From: Azolla caroliniana
Taxonomy: Eukaryota; Plantae; Polypodiophyta
Direction: 5' to 3'
NCBI GenBank assembly: GCA_043228905.1
Contig: JBHGNT010000002.1
Span: forward strand, 11,408,001 to 11,472,000
Length of the DNA stretch: 64,000 nt
Program-made: the position numbers and the translations under genes
Notes under the pieces: model-generated
The model's input: only the letters and a program-made list of their open reading frames with translations
Databases searched by the model: none
What the model was told of the DNA's origin: nothing
In this document: piece after piece, positions 36,801 through 50,200 of the stretch
Numbering within the stretch: position 1 is the stretch's first letter
Layout of the letters: each line of letters begins with the position of its first letter

Positions 36801-39800
36801 CCGGTCGGCTTGTTTGCTCACACGGCCCTTCTCAGGTTCCTTGTTGTTGCGGTGTTGGCGCCTCTTCTGTTGCCTTCTCTTCCGCTTGGCCCTTGGTTGA
36901 TTCAGCATATCTGAACCGATTCGGCTTCCTCCGATCGGTTTTCGCTCTCGTCTGAGTTGGTTGTCTCCAACTCGTCTTTGGTCTTCTCGCCCTTAATGGC
37001 TTTGTCTCCCCCACACTTGGTTGGCTTCGGCTCTTTCTTTTGTATGCTCCCCTTATGTCCGCTTTCGGACTCTTCCGCGGATCTGCCCTCAACTTCTTCA
37101 GCCAATCCGAAATCGAATTCGTCATCTGACTCGGCGTCTCGATCTTCTCCACTCCTTTCCTGCTCCCTTCCGTGGTCATCATGGATGTCTCTCCCCCTCA
37201 AGTTCAGCACGTTGAGGTGACGCAACCCAAGAGTACCCGAGAATTGTTGCAACTTGTCCAAACCAAGAGTCTTGGTGAAGATGTCGGTGTTCTACCGATC
37301 CGTCGGAACAAACTAAAGTTCGAATTCACCGGGGAGGACACGCTCATGGACGAAATGGTAGTGCACCTCAATGTGCTTAGCCCGGGCATGGAAGACGGGG
37401 TTCTTAGCTAGTTGGATGCTATTGAGGTTGTCGCAGTAGATTGACATTGGATCGGATACCTCCACCTGCAGATCCTTAAGTAGCCACTTCAACCATATGG
37501 CTTCGCATGTCGCGATAGCCACTCCTCTATACTCGGCTTCGGTGCTCGACAACACAACTGTCGGTTGCTTCTTGCTACTCCACGTGATCGTTGCACTCCC
37601 GAGAGAGAACGCGAAACCGGACGTGGAGCGGCGATCACCGGCATTTTCGGCCCAATTAGCATCGGTGTAACCGACCAATTGCGTGGCAGTATCAGCCCGA
37701 TATAGTAGCCCCCGATCCTTAGTGCCACTGACATACCGGAGTACGCGTTGTGCGCACTGAAGGTGCTCCTCGTTCGCACCATGAACTGACTGATAACCCC
37801 GACCGGGTAGCTGAGATCTGGTCGGGTGATGGTATGGTATATAAGGCTTCCGACTATTTGTCGGAACCTCGTCGGGTCGCATACCTTTCCGGAATCGGGG
37901 CGAAGCTTGACGGTTCTATCCAGAGGAGTCGATACAGACTTATAGTCGGCCATCCTGAATTTGAAGAGCATACTTAGCACGTAATGCCGTTGGCGGATTA
38001 GTATGCCTTCGGGGGTGCGAATCACTTCGATCCCGAGGAAGTAATGAAGGTCCCCCAGATCCTTCATGTCAAATCACGTTGCGAGCTGGAGCTTTACGCG
38101 GTCAATGTCACCAAGGTCGGTGCTGGTGATGACCAAGTCATCAACATAAAGTAAAATACTAACCGGCCCAAGTCGACCTTTCCAGGTGAATAGTGAGGAG
38201 TCTGATTTTGACATCGCAAAGCCCAACTGACGCAATCGTTGCATGATCTTCGCATTCCAAGCACGTGGGGCTTGCTTTAGTCCGTAAAGGGACTTCTTCA
38301 ATCAGCACACTACCAAAGTGTTCGTTCCGGAGTGAAATCCGGGGGGCTTTACCATGTACACTTGTTCCTCAAGCTCACCTTGCAAGAACGCATTCCTTAC
38401 ATCCATCTAATGTAAGTGCCACCCCTTTGCCGCAGCGACCACGAGCAAAACACGGGCGGTCGTCATCTTCACGACCGGCGCAAACGTCTCATCGTAGTCG
38501 ACGCCGTGTTTCTGCATGTAGCCTTTCGCTACTAGTCGGGCCTTGTATCGGTTGACCGAGCCGTTAGTGTTGTACTTGACCTTGTACACCCACCTATATC
38601 CGATCAGCTTCACACCTTTTGGTGCGTCAACCAGGTCCCAAGTTTCATTCTCCGCCAAAGCGTGCATCTCTTCCTCCATTGTGGCATGCCAATTCGCGTC
38701 CTTCGCCGCTTCTGCATAGCTCTCCGGCTCACGCACTTCCGCTACACGTGTCATGTATGCATAGTGATGCGCCATGTACACAAGGTTCTTCTGGCGGGTT
38801 GATCGGCGCAATTGCTCATTAGCCAAAGTTAAGGCTTACTTGGCCAACGCGGACTTCTGTCTCGAAAACCCGTCCGTCGTCACTTCCCTCGGAGTCGGAC
38901 TCACATCGATCCGACTCATTCCTATCCGTGCCGTAATCCGACACCTTCTTCTGCCCTTTTTCTTTGTGTGTCAGCCATCTCCTCGGCTTCCTGCGCAAGG
39001 AATGCACGACTCTTCATTAGACTGGTCAAACCGACTCAGTCGTCCATCCGGTCCGCTTAACCGAAATGAAATCGAACTCTCTTCGCGGGTCCCGATTTCA
39101 GGCTCATCCAGAGGCATCTCAGCCTCGCTGACCTCATCATCAGAACTCGGATTTGAGGTGAGATCCGGAGTCAGAGGCAAGTACCAGGACGCGGACTCGT
39201 CAAACACAATGTCACGGCTCATGCGCGCTTGTTTGGTGCGAGGGTTATAACACTTGTAACTCTTCTGCTCGTCCGAGTAGACGACTAAGATACACTTCTT
39301 GGCTTTCGCATCCAACTTCCTCTGTTTCTCCTTCGGTAATGCACATATGCAATGCTACCGAAAACGCTCAAGTGTCGTAGATTCGGCTTCCTTCCGAAAT
39401 ACTGCTCATGCACCGACACTTTGTCTCCGATCCGATTTTGGATGTATACCGCGGTTTGTACCGCCTCGGCCCAATAGAACTTGGGCAAGCTCTTCTCCTC
39501 CAGCATTGCCCGTGCCACTTCTACAATTGACCGGTTCTTCCTCTCGGCCACGCCGTTTTGCTCCAGCGTGTATCTACAACTGAATTCGCGCTGAATTCCC
39601 ATCTGTTGCAGATAGCCGTTGAATTGACCAGAAAAGTATTCTTTTCCGCCATCCGACCGCAAAGACTTGATCTTTCGTCCTATTTTTGTTTCCACAAACC
39701 CTTTGAGATCCCAGAAACAGTCGAAGACTTCACTCTTCTTCTCGATGAGGTAGATCCACGTGTGCCGCGTATAGTCGTCAATGAAGGAGACAAAATATCG

Positions 39801-42800
39801 ATTCCTGCCAAGACTAACGTTCTGTGCCGGCCCCCATACATCGGAATGTATCAAGTCATGCTTGTTCCGGCTCCGATTACGCCCATTAGGGAAAGGAATT
39901 CGGTATTGCTTCCCTAGCTGGCAAGCTTCACAAATTTGCGCCTTTCAGCCACTAAATTTGGGCAATCCGAACACCACTTGTTTCGATTGCAGGTCCTAAA
40001 GTCGCTGATAGTTGACGTGGCCTATCCTCTTGTGCCATAAGTCAATATCCGACTCGACTTTTTGTTCTTTCGCAAACATTGCAGTGCCACCATCACTAGA
40101 GTCGAGGATAAACATCCTCCCGTCTCTACGACCTTGCGCAATAACTCGGCCTTCTTCTTCGATGAAGCACCCGAGATGCGTGAACCGGACTTGCATCCCC
40201 TGGTCGACGATTTGCCCGACCGACACTAGATTCTTCGTGATTGTCGGGACATGTAACACGTTCATAAGTTTCCCTTTCTACCCACCATGGCTCAAGGGAA
40301 CCTCACCGACATACGCAATCAGATGCAGAGTGTCATCTCCAGTTGAGACTACTCCCGGTTGCATCGGTTTTCCTAGGTATGAGAACCACTCCTTGTGGCA
40401 CATCATGTGGTTTGATGTTGTCGTTGCATTTCGGCTCCGAATCATTTTGGACTAGGAGGAGGAAGAATTTGAGATGAGTTTGGTTATGAATAGATTTTAA
40501 GAAAGAGATATAAAAACTTGTGAATCCCGCAAGTATAGATTATTAGATTTATTAATATTTAGAATCCAAAATAACAATTTATCATAGATTGGAAGAGATA
40601 GATTATATAAAACTTCGTGAATCCCACGAGTATAGTTTATCAATTGGTGTTCTAGAAAATATATCCAATTTCCAAATATTCCACACACCCCATTACATTG
40701 AGCTCCGCATCATTATATAGTGATGAGAGAGTCTTAACAATCCATGCTTTTTCTATATATAGACTCTATGCTTTTTCTAAAGTGATCCTACTTTTTCTAA
40801 TTTGATGCGTTTTTTATGGTGTTCATGCACGCTACATGTGCATGCGTAGCTTTTTCTTTTATCATGCGTTTTCTTCTAACTAAAGTTTATCCTAGCGTGA
40901 ACTTACCTTTCTATATGGGACATTTTACCTTTTTAACACTAATGATATGTTAATGTAATGGTAAGGCTTTACATTATTAATATGGAGGTATAGGGTTCGA
41001 ATCTTGCCCTATGCATGTAACAATCTTTTCTTTTATTTACAATTTTGTCTCTTCATCCGGTGAGAGACTCTCACCAGCCTTCTCATCCGATTCTTGTCGG
41101 TTTTCTCTATCTATCTCTTGGCGGGTCCCCTTACCGGGTTCGGTCCTTACCGGTTCCTCCTTTCGGTTCTCACCGGGTACTCCATGTCCTATTCGGAGAG
41201 ACCAAAAATGTAATTTTTCACGTAGTGTGTGAATTACACTACGACACTCGCCCCCTCCGAACCCACACATCCTCCGGTATGTGCCAAAACTGTCGGTGAT
41301 TGTTAGTCTTTTCCATCTGGTCTCTGCCCGATTGGTATCGTCGCCAGTCTTGTTGTCGGTTTTGTTCGGTTGCCGATTCTCGTATTTCTCCTTTACCCTC
41401 TGTTTTTCTAGCTATGTCGACTTTGTCTCTCCATTTTGAGCACATCCATTCTTTCCACCCAAACCATTGTCGCCATCCGATCCACCATAGTCTTGGTTCA
41501 CTGTTTGCATGGCCATGGTCGGTTGTCGCGGCTCCTCATGCTCCTCTTAAGCATAACCCTTCATGTCTTGTGCATGTTCCTGCTTCCCACTTTGTTCACT
41601 TTTGTCGTATAATCTTGCGTTAGAGTTGACAATCTTCATGTTGGAGCTCTCCTTCTTTGTTGAGATCTCATCCTTGGTAAAATCCTTCAAATCCGCATGG
41701 CCCGCTTGGTCCTTGTTCATCCGTGGTAGTGTCTTTTCTTGGCCTCTTCGTTGTAATCATCGGCCTCAATCTTTCGACCCCTGGTTTAGTTGGATTAGCT
41801 TCTTTCGGATTCGGTCTCGTTCAATCCGCTTTCGGTTGGATCATATTAGCTTCTTTCCAATTCGGTCTCGTCCGATCGGCTTTCAGTTAGATTGGCTTCC
41901 GATCGGATTCGTATTCGGCCGAATCAGACTCGGTTGATCGGTTTGGACCGAGTCGCCCCCCTTCTAGGTCGGTTTTTGTTTAGATCAGAATTTCGTCCGG
42001 ATCATCTTCCATCCGAATCGGCTTCCGACTTTACCTTTCTTGCCGCCACCTCACGTCTCTCCGGTCTCACGTTGGTACTCGACACAACCGCCGAAGTCTC
42101 TAGAATTAGTGGGTAGGAATCCTTGGTATTACTGTCCACCGTCGTTTCACCCATAGCCACCTTCTCGGTTATCTCTCCGTCGTATCCATCGGCGTCGACC
42201 TTCGTTTTCTCTCCACCACCTTCTGTCTCTTCGGTCTCACGTTGCCTTTCGAACGCAACCACCGGAGTCTCTGGAATCAGTGGTGAGAAAGTTCGATACG
42301 GTCATACGCCATCGATTTGTCCATAGCCACCTCCGATTCGATGTCATCTTTTGTGGAGACCTCCTCAATCAAGTCCACCTCGCACTCTTTATCTCCCTCG
42401 ATCATGCAAGCATCGATTATGCTTACCCCTTTTTCACCCGATGTTTCGGATACTTGTATTCCGAAACCTTCTTCCGTTCTTGAAGTGGTGTTCACCACTC
42501 TCAAGTCATCGATCTTATCCTTGGTAGTCGTTCTTTCGCAAGACAAGAGGATGCCTTGTTCCACACCCTCTCCAATGGTACCGTCGAATCGTACTTCGGC
42601 CTTCATATCAGCCACATCGTTCATCCTTAATCGATCATCCCTTATAGGCCATGTTGTTGCTGACAATATTCTCTTCTTCCTCTCATCCTGTCTCCGGCAT
42701 ATCCTTTCGACGTCGGCCCAATCCTCAGTAAGGCCATGTGCACCGTCATCATCTTCGAGTTCGATCCCAATGTCCATCCTTTCTTTCCGATCGATCGACT

Positions 42801-43902
42801 TCACGAACATTAGGACTTTATACATCCCCACCAATTGTTGTTCCCGCTCCGAGAGTCGAGCAAACCGGTGCTCGAACTCTAGGAATGCTTGTGTTGCACT
42901 TCAGTGGGTCTTCTCCGATGCCACCCATTCATCGAACTCTCGCCGATCTCGTCCCTTCGATCTCTCGTAGTCATATGCCTCTCGTAAAGCTTCTTCAAAG
43001 GACCCCCATGTTGGGTTTTGTTGTCGTATCTTGTAGATTCTCTCTTGTAACCCATCTGTGGCTACCTGGCTGAAGGATATCACTTGCAATCCTTCCGGTA
43101 TCCCACATCGCATCATCTCCACCTTGTATTCACATAGATAGCGTGACACATCATTTCCGTTGAATTGCCCATTTCATTGCACAAGCCACGCTACTGCCGA
43201 CTTCATCTCCGACATCGCACGTTGCTCTTGTTGCATCCGCTCAATCATCATCATCATTATGCTCATCGCCTCTTGTTGATTCTCCATCTCCTTGCCACCC
43301 GCCTTCACGTCGGGTTCACCACTTGTGTCGTGCCTTTCGGCTCCAAATTGTTGCGTGAGTCGAGTGGGAACCGCCGAGGTTTTGGACTAGGACGAGGAAG
43401 AATTTGAGACGAGTTTGGTTATGAATAGATTATAAGAAAGAGATATAAAAACTTGTGAATCCCACAAGTATAGATTATTAGATTTATTAATATTAATATT
43501 CACGTTCGCGTTCACAAGTGGAAGGATCGCGCATAAATGGAAGGACAAGGAATATTTTGGTTGATTTTAGTACTTTTTCAATGATTTTACAAAATACATT
43601 GATACCAGTATCATACATGTTCAAATATACTATGAAAAAGGTTAAAAATCCCCTATTTTTGTGATTTAGAAGTAACTAAAAAATGAGGAATTTCAAAAAG
43701 TTACATTCACAATTTATATCACAAACTTTACAACCAATGTTATTTTATAAGAAACGATTTTTTAGAAATCATAAGAATTCAAAACACATGCTTTTATATT
43801 ACTCGATTTGTTACAAGCGGAATGTAGTTACACTTAATAACCAAAAATACATTCATGATCACTCCGTTACGGAGAATCACTACTATAACTAATATACAAT
43901 GA

Positions 43903-46492
43903 CTATTCCTCCTTGTCATCCTCGGATGTACCAATTAGTGCATTATCTTCGTCATAAACCAAATGGTTTGACTCTAGACTATATGTAGTAGATCTCGTTT
44001 GCCTTTGAGTCGAGCCACCTTGTAGACCTGGTAATTTTTCTTTTATTATATCTATTGTTGACTTCCTTAATCACCCGGCTTTTGTAAGTGTGAAGTCGTA
44101 CACTATGATATCCACATCAGAGATATCAAGGGTTGAGGTGTTACGAATGTTTCGCTTCCTATTCCTACCTCCCCTTCTTGTTGGGCATTCAATCATCTCC
44201 ATTGTATACTTACTTGTAAAAGCATTTGCACTTCTAGTGTTGTACCAATGAACGTTTATAGACTTGATCGTGTTTTCTATTTCATGCATTAGCACTTCTA
44301 GAATTTTACCCACCCAAAATTGGTGGCCATGTGAGTTCTCATCAGTCGGCGTTGCAATCAACATCCCCGCCGTGAGCTCTTGCAAATTGCCTTGCCATCT
44401 AGCTTCGGCTACTATGGTCATCCTTGGTCCCACAAAAATGTCTCTTTGTTGTGGATGGACCAAGTTGTCATTAATCGCATTTGGTGGTTGCTCCGGAGTT
44501 CTATTTACACGATCATGTTGCAGTGACCATGTGAATGGCGTTTCCAAATTCCAATTATCACCAAATACACAATTGTCTATAATTCCTTTTTGATCACTAT
44601 AAAATACATCCCACCATGACGTGTCTTGCTGTGCGGCATATTTCTTGGCGGCCTCAATATGCTTTCTTTTTTTTTCTAAGGCTTGGAGCCATGACCGTTT
44701 TTGTTCCGATACCAAGACACTCTACAACTGTCCTTTCTTCTCAATTGGCATTTGCTTAGCTCCATGGACAATTGTACTCGGCATACAAAGTAATAACTGG
44801 CAACCACCTTCAGGTTCCCATGTTGTAGAAGATGAATATTGTTTAGCATACAAAAGTGTAGAACCACTTATTTCATTTTTCTTTATCATAAAAATGTGAT
44901 TGAAACTTATATTGTTTAACTGGGCAAGCACTTTAACATTCCCACCACCCCCATCTGATATATATCTCTTAAATTCATATACCTCCTTCAAGTGTAACAC
45001 TTTTGGGCGTGGTGTATATGCATCACAAATGACATCAAATAGTTTAGGTAAAGTGAAAGCATCATGCCGAGACAACTATCTGGAGAATGTGCTAAACATA
45101 TGATCTATATGGTCATGTGTGTGGACAACCAAAAGAAAATTGACTTTCACTTTCCTAAACAATCCTTGGTTGACCAACATACTTAGATAGCCAAACACAG
45201 TTGAATTTTTGTTCTCTCTAGCAGTATTGTCCAATTGAATGTATAGAACAGGGGGGAAAGGTTGGCCCCAAGACATCAAAACTCGGTGAATCACTGTAAC
45301 TGTTACGTTAGGGTCATTGTGAACATTGGGGTATGTAATGAAGACGTGAGGTCCAACAGACCTATTATAAGCCAAGCATCCCACCAAGTGCATTTGAACA
45401 AGGCACTCATCATTGACATCTTTAGGGAGCCTCCGCATATGGAATAGTTGACAGATGAGTCAGTTTCAATGTCACTATACAGAACCGTACGTGAGATTCC
45501 CATGCGTACTTTACGTGGAATGATAACATTTGAAAACCAAGCTCTCCATAATCTTGTGAATTGGCTATATGTGACAGACTTATTACGTGAGCCCACCATA
45601 TTAGATCGATAGACATCATAAACTTCCCGACGTGTATAATTATCAGAAAGGTGCATCCTACCTATAGTGGGCATTACTTCACAATTTAACTGAAAGTAAC
45701 TTTTCATCCAACCAATAGCATGTCTTCCAATTGCACCTTTCATACTTGGAACCTCTTTACAATTGAGCATCTAATCCCCGCTAAGTAGACGTTGTTGTAC
45801 TCTATGTAGACGCATGTTACTAACACATAACGCAATTTTCAATGCAACTCTACATATCTGTTGCGCATGGAAGATATAATACTCGAATGATACTTTGATC
45901 CCCATACATTTGTCAGATACTAGTTGCATATGTGACCCGAGGTAAGTGTCTTGCTCATCACCAGTCATCGAAAAATATTATCGCCTTAATTCTCGCAACT
46001 TTGATTTTCCAATCATAGGCATACAACCACAGGCACAACATATTTTTTTGACATCAAATCCAATCTGTTTATCTGATCTCACCAAGCTAAATATAGCCAG
46101 ACGAATTCTTCATGGGATTCTTCTAATATGCATAAGGCTTCCAGATTTCTCTTCCTACATAGAGGTTGGTGTAACCTTGTTACAATTTAATTCTTTGTTG
46201 TGACCATCGCCAATGTTATTCGATGTTTCATTGGCACTACCTTCATTCTCTGTATCTTTATTAATATCGTATTCTTCAATAGAGAACTCTTCACATGTGT
46301 CATTATTTACATTCCCTGTAGGTGAAGATGAGCTCAGACAATATTCTTCGATAGAATATGGTGAGTCTATCGACAGACAATATTCTTCAATAGAATATGG
46401 TGAGTCTGTCGACAAACAATACTCTTCGCTAGAAAAGATGAGTCTGATTACAAACAATATTCTTCAATCGAGAACGGTGAATCTTCACTCAT
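43903..46492 (-). pseudogene. DDE-type transposase (Sola-like/DUF7869-like), with stops, frameshifts and a probable internal deletion
   Basis: Co-linear ORF pieces: Cys-rich KICCACGC and QICRVALKIALCVS..RL, core LYIQLDNTARENKN...LV..GLF.KV.VNFLLVVHTHDHIDHMFS, and a C-terminal FWVGKI...VHWY domain. Confidence 0.75.
46330..46485 (-). repeat. Coding 39-bp tandem repeat (about 4 x EEYCLSxDSPYSI) at the transposase N-terminus
   Basis: Repeated AATATTCTTC(G/A)ATAGAATATGGTGAGTCT at 39-bp spacing. Confidence 0.8.
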
Positions 46493-46499
46493 GGCTTAA

Positions 46500-47283
46500 G
46501 GTCTAGATAGGGCTCTTTAAGTTATGTGCTTAGGCTAAGGCAAAAAACTAATAAGCTCCTCTCTAAACATATACTCCTCTCTAAACATAAACTCCTCTCT
46601 AAACAAAAGCTCCCTCAATATAATGTCTATATTATTTAATATTATATTAATACAATATATAAAAAATATTATTTTTAATATAGTAATTGTATTTAAAATA
46701 TCAATAATTATTTAAACTAGGTCTATATGAAGTTAAATCAAGTATAATATAATTCCAATCATTATCAAGCCATAAATATGTTGGATTAAAGTTAAAATCA
46801 TTGGCTAATTAATGGCACCCATATTTGATATAGAACTTCTCAGTCATTGGTTCATTAATGCTCACCATTTTAAATATTAGACTTATCAATCATTGGTTCA
46901 TTCATGCCCACATCTTTAATACACAGCAATTAAGAGTCATAAAAATGTTGCTTTTAGTAATCAATTATTGGTTCATTCATGAACCTCTATCATTGTGTCC
47001 TTCATGACCTTTAAAGTCATTGTAAGTTATTATAACTATAAAAGATTCATCAATATGTTAGTTTGACCATTAATGCAATCATAAGTTACTCTGGTTAATG
47101 TGATTGTGGTTACTAACTAACTAACCTCAAGGTTACTAACCCTGGTTAAGGTGATTGTGGTTACTTTAACCACTGTGGTCAATCCCTATAAATAGGAAGA
47201 CCTCATCATATTTCACTCACAAGAGCACACAGAGCACGAAGCACGAAAGCGTGATCTCCGCCTCCACTTCGACAAGATCAACC
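46500..47283. promoter_or_regulatory. AT-rich divergent promoter region with short repeats and a TATA box (~47187)
   Basis: Lies between two head-to-head ATGs (46492 minus, 47284 plus). Contains TATAAATA, CTCCTCTCTAAACA x3 and CATTGGTTCATT-like x4. Confidence 0.5.
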
Positions 47284-50200
47284 ATGTCTTCAAAGAGAAT
47301 CGAGCGCCAGGACTCCAGGTAGGCCTCTAACACTATGGACATTTTTGTAAATATGTTTCGTCACTCAAGAACTCGATACGCCGTATTGAGTTCTTGTATA
47401 AAATACAAACTTTATACAAGAACTCGATACGGCGTATCGAGTTTCTATTTGAAGTTTAGGTTTTATACAGGAACTCGATACGGCGTATCGAGTTCCTCTT
47501 TAAAGTTTAGGTTTTAAATAGGAACTCAATACAGCGTATCCAGTTCCTGTTTAAAGTTTAGGTTTTAAAGAGGAACTCGATACGCCGTATCGAGTTCCTG
47601 TTTAAAGTATAGGTTTTAAACAGGAACTCGATACTACTCGATACGCCGTATCGAGTTCCTATTTAAAGTATAGGTTTTAAACAGGAACTCGATACGCCGT
47701 ATCAAGTTCCTTTGTTTTCTTTGCTTTTTAAATAGGAACTCAATATGCCGTATCGAGTTCCGGTTTAAAGTTTAGGTTTTAAAGAGGAACTCGATACGCC
47801 GTATCGAGTTCCTCTATTCTCTTTGCTTTTTAAATAGGAACTCGATACGGCGTATCGATTTCTTGTACTGTCAAAATCATTCTTTTTTATGTCGACTTGC
47901 CTTACTATTTAAAAAAAAGGGGCCTTAATTATAGGGGTTTTATGACCTACTATAGCTTAAAATAGTAGAAAATAACCCACAAATTACCTTTACGATACCA
48001 ATCTCAAGTCTATCATATGCAAATTATCTACAATATGGTTATGGAATCAATATAAGTCGTACCTGCCCTTCAAGACAATATATGACCTTGTATACTTATT
48101 ACGATATATATTTTCTAAGTTGAATAGCCCTTACTAGAATAGATTTCTGAATATAGGACTACCATGTACACTGAATGCATGATTGATATTTATCGTTCAC
48201 CACAAATCGCCTGCTAGTTTATTTCTTCATCTAATTATTTGTATTTTAATATACAACCTTAATCTACGTGACCACCTAACTTATGTTTTCGCATGTCCTT
48301 TCTTAAATAGGTCGTTTGAGAACTTGTCAGACCAACCTGTGAAGAAGATAAAGCTCCGCATACAGGGTTCTCCAATTGAAACACAAACCCTAGTAGCTCC
48401 CAAGTCCATGAAGAGAGGAAAAAAGCTTGTCTTCAACAAGGAGTCAAAAGAAAGTTGTAGCAGCTACTAGAGGCGAAGACCTTCTTGACCGTGATCTAAC
48501 GAATAAGGAATGGTGTATGCAATACGTCGACTCAAAGAAAAAAGTCGTATTGTATACAGCAAAGAAGAAGGGGGAGGGGGAGGGGCAGCTTGGAAAGGAA
48601 CCCCCATTTATGTATGGCCGTATTCTATGATTTGACTACGAAGATGCAGATTCGGCCAACATACTTGTAATGATAGAGTGCTCCAAGGGGGTACGTAAAG
48701 TGTTCCTTTCAAAAGATCTTCTAGTAAAGGAATCTTGTGGGCCAGAAGCGTTCAAAAAAGATCTTGAAAGCTCACAAAACCTTATTGTTACCTTGAGGCC
48801 TTATATACAAGGACATGTAACTCTAAGGGAGGAAGTGCCCTCCCTAGTGAAGGCCACAAAAAGGGTATCTAAAGTACAATCACGACCACCAAAGAAGAAG
48901 ACAACCAAAATGTTAGACTCCGATTCATCAAGTGAAAACGAAGAGGAGGACACTAAGGGGACGCCAGGAGCTGAGCTGGCATCGGGTGTGTTGTCATCCG
49001 AGCAGAATAAGATAAGGAGAGAGTTAATGCAGCGTAAACTAGTCAGGAAAGGACAAGTGTTTAATTTGCCTATAACACACATCCATCGGCCCCCTATTGA
49101 TGAAAAACCAGGTCGAAGACCACTTGAGATTAGAGAGCCACACTGCATGCATGTTCAAAATCTCAAGAAAAAAATGAAAATTAATCCTCACACCTCTGTG
49201 GTGCCTTTTATTGTTATGGTAGATCCTAAAGAATGTGAAACCATTGAAGATTTTGATATTAGAAAGCATGATCAATATAATTACTTTGTCATTGGTGGAT
49301 CGCATTCAACGGAGGCACGTCGGCAACTTGTGAGAGAACATCCAACGACTTTCTTCTTCAAGTATGCCGAGGGCAAAATTTACGTGGGGCTCACAACTGA
49401 AGAGGCAAAGTTGTTGGCATGGGACCACAATAATGATAATGACTATAGGCAGAAAATGTCATCGATTGAGCATATAAGGTTCTTCCACCACGAGTATTTG
49501 GACATGAAACAAAAGTTTGGTGTGAAGCTACATCCAGGTCTACGACATCAATGTCTGCATGAAGTCGGCATTGTGGTAGATGATAATGTTAAGTCCGATG
49601 GTCTTCGAAAATATGAGCCTTGGTTTCAACTGGCCTTTAGAGATGGAGAAGTATGGGACCTACCGGATCAAATCTTCTCAATGTGGGAGAGTAAGGAGGT
49701 AAAGGGTCAACGACAAAAGAAATGTAAGGTTGACCCTCAACTAGAGTTAAAGTCACAAGCGGCCAAGAAAATTGACTTGACAATTGAAGAAGCGGTTGAT
49801 GACATGAAGCTATCTCTGTGGAGAGCTATGCAAGGTATTAAGGACGAGCAGCTTCTTGTGTCTGTTTTGTCAAGGGTTGTGGCCAAAGATTTAAGCCTTG
49901 AAGAAATGGTCACTAAGTTCAATAAGTAAGTCTTTCAAATACTAATATTGAAGTCTATATGGTGTAATTCAAAGTTCTAATCTTGATTTCTAATTTCACA
50001 GTCATAAGGTGTATATGAAGATCCAAGAAGTTATGATGAAACAACTTGGATGTATAACTTGGGAACAAGTGACAGAGGATTATCCTCTAACGTCTTCATA
50101 TAAGGCGTTATCAGAGTATTTTATTGCATTCAAGGATTGGATTAGTATTGGTGGTTTTTCATTAAGCTTTCATCATATGTAGAGCTTGTATAATAATACT

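Noticed and set aside
43304-43321. tRNA-Trp gene fragments (also at ~15592 and ~55086)
   Set aside because: Only the 3'-terminal 18 nt including CCA are present, adjacent to LTRs, so these are primer-binding sites.
47367-47864. CRISPR array
   Set aside because: The palindromic repeats are regularly spaced, but the linkers are near-identical rather than unique spacers. There are no cas genes and the context is a eukaryotic intron.
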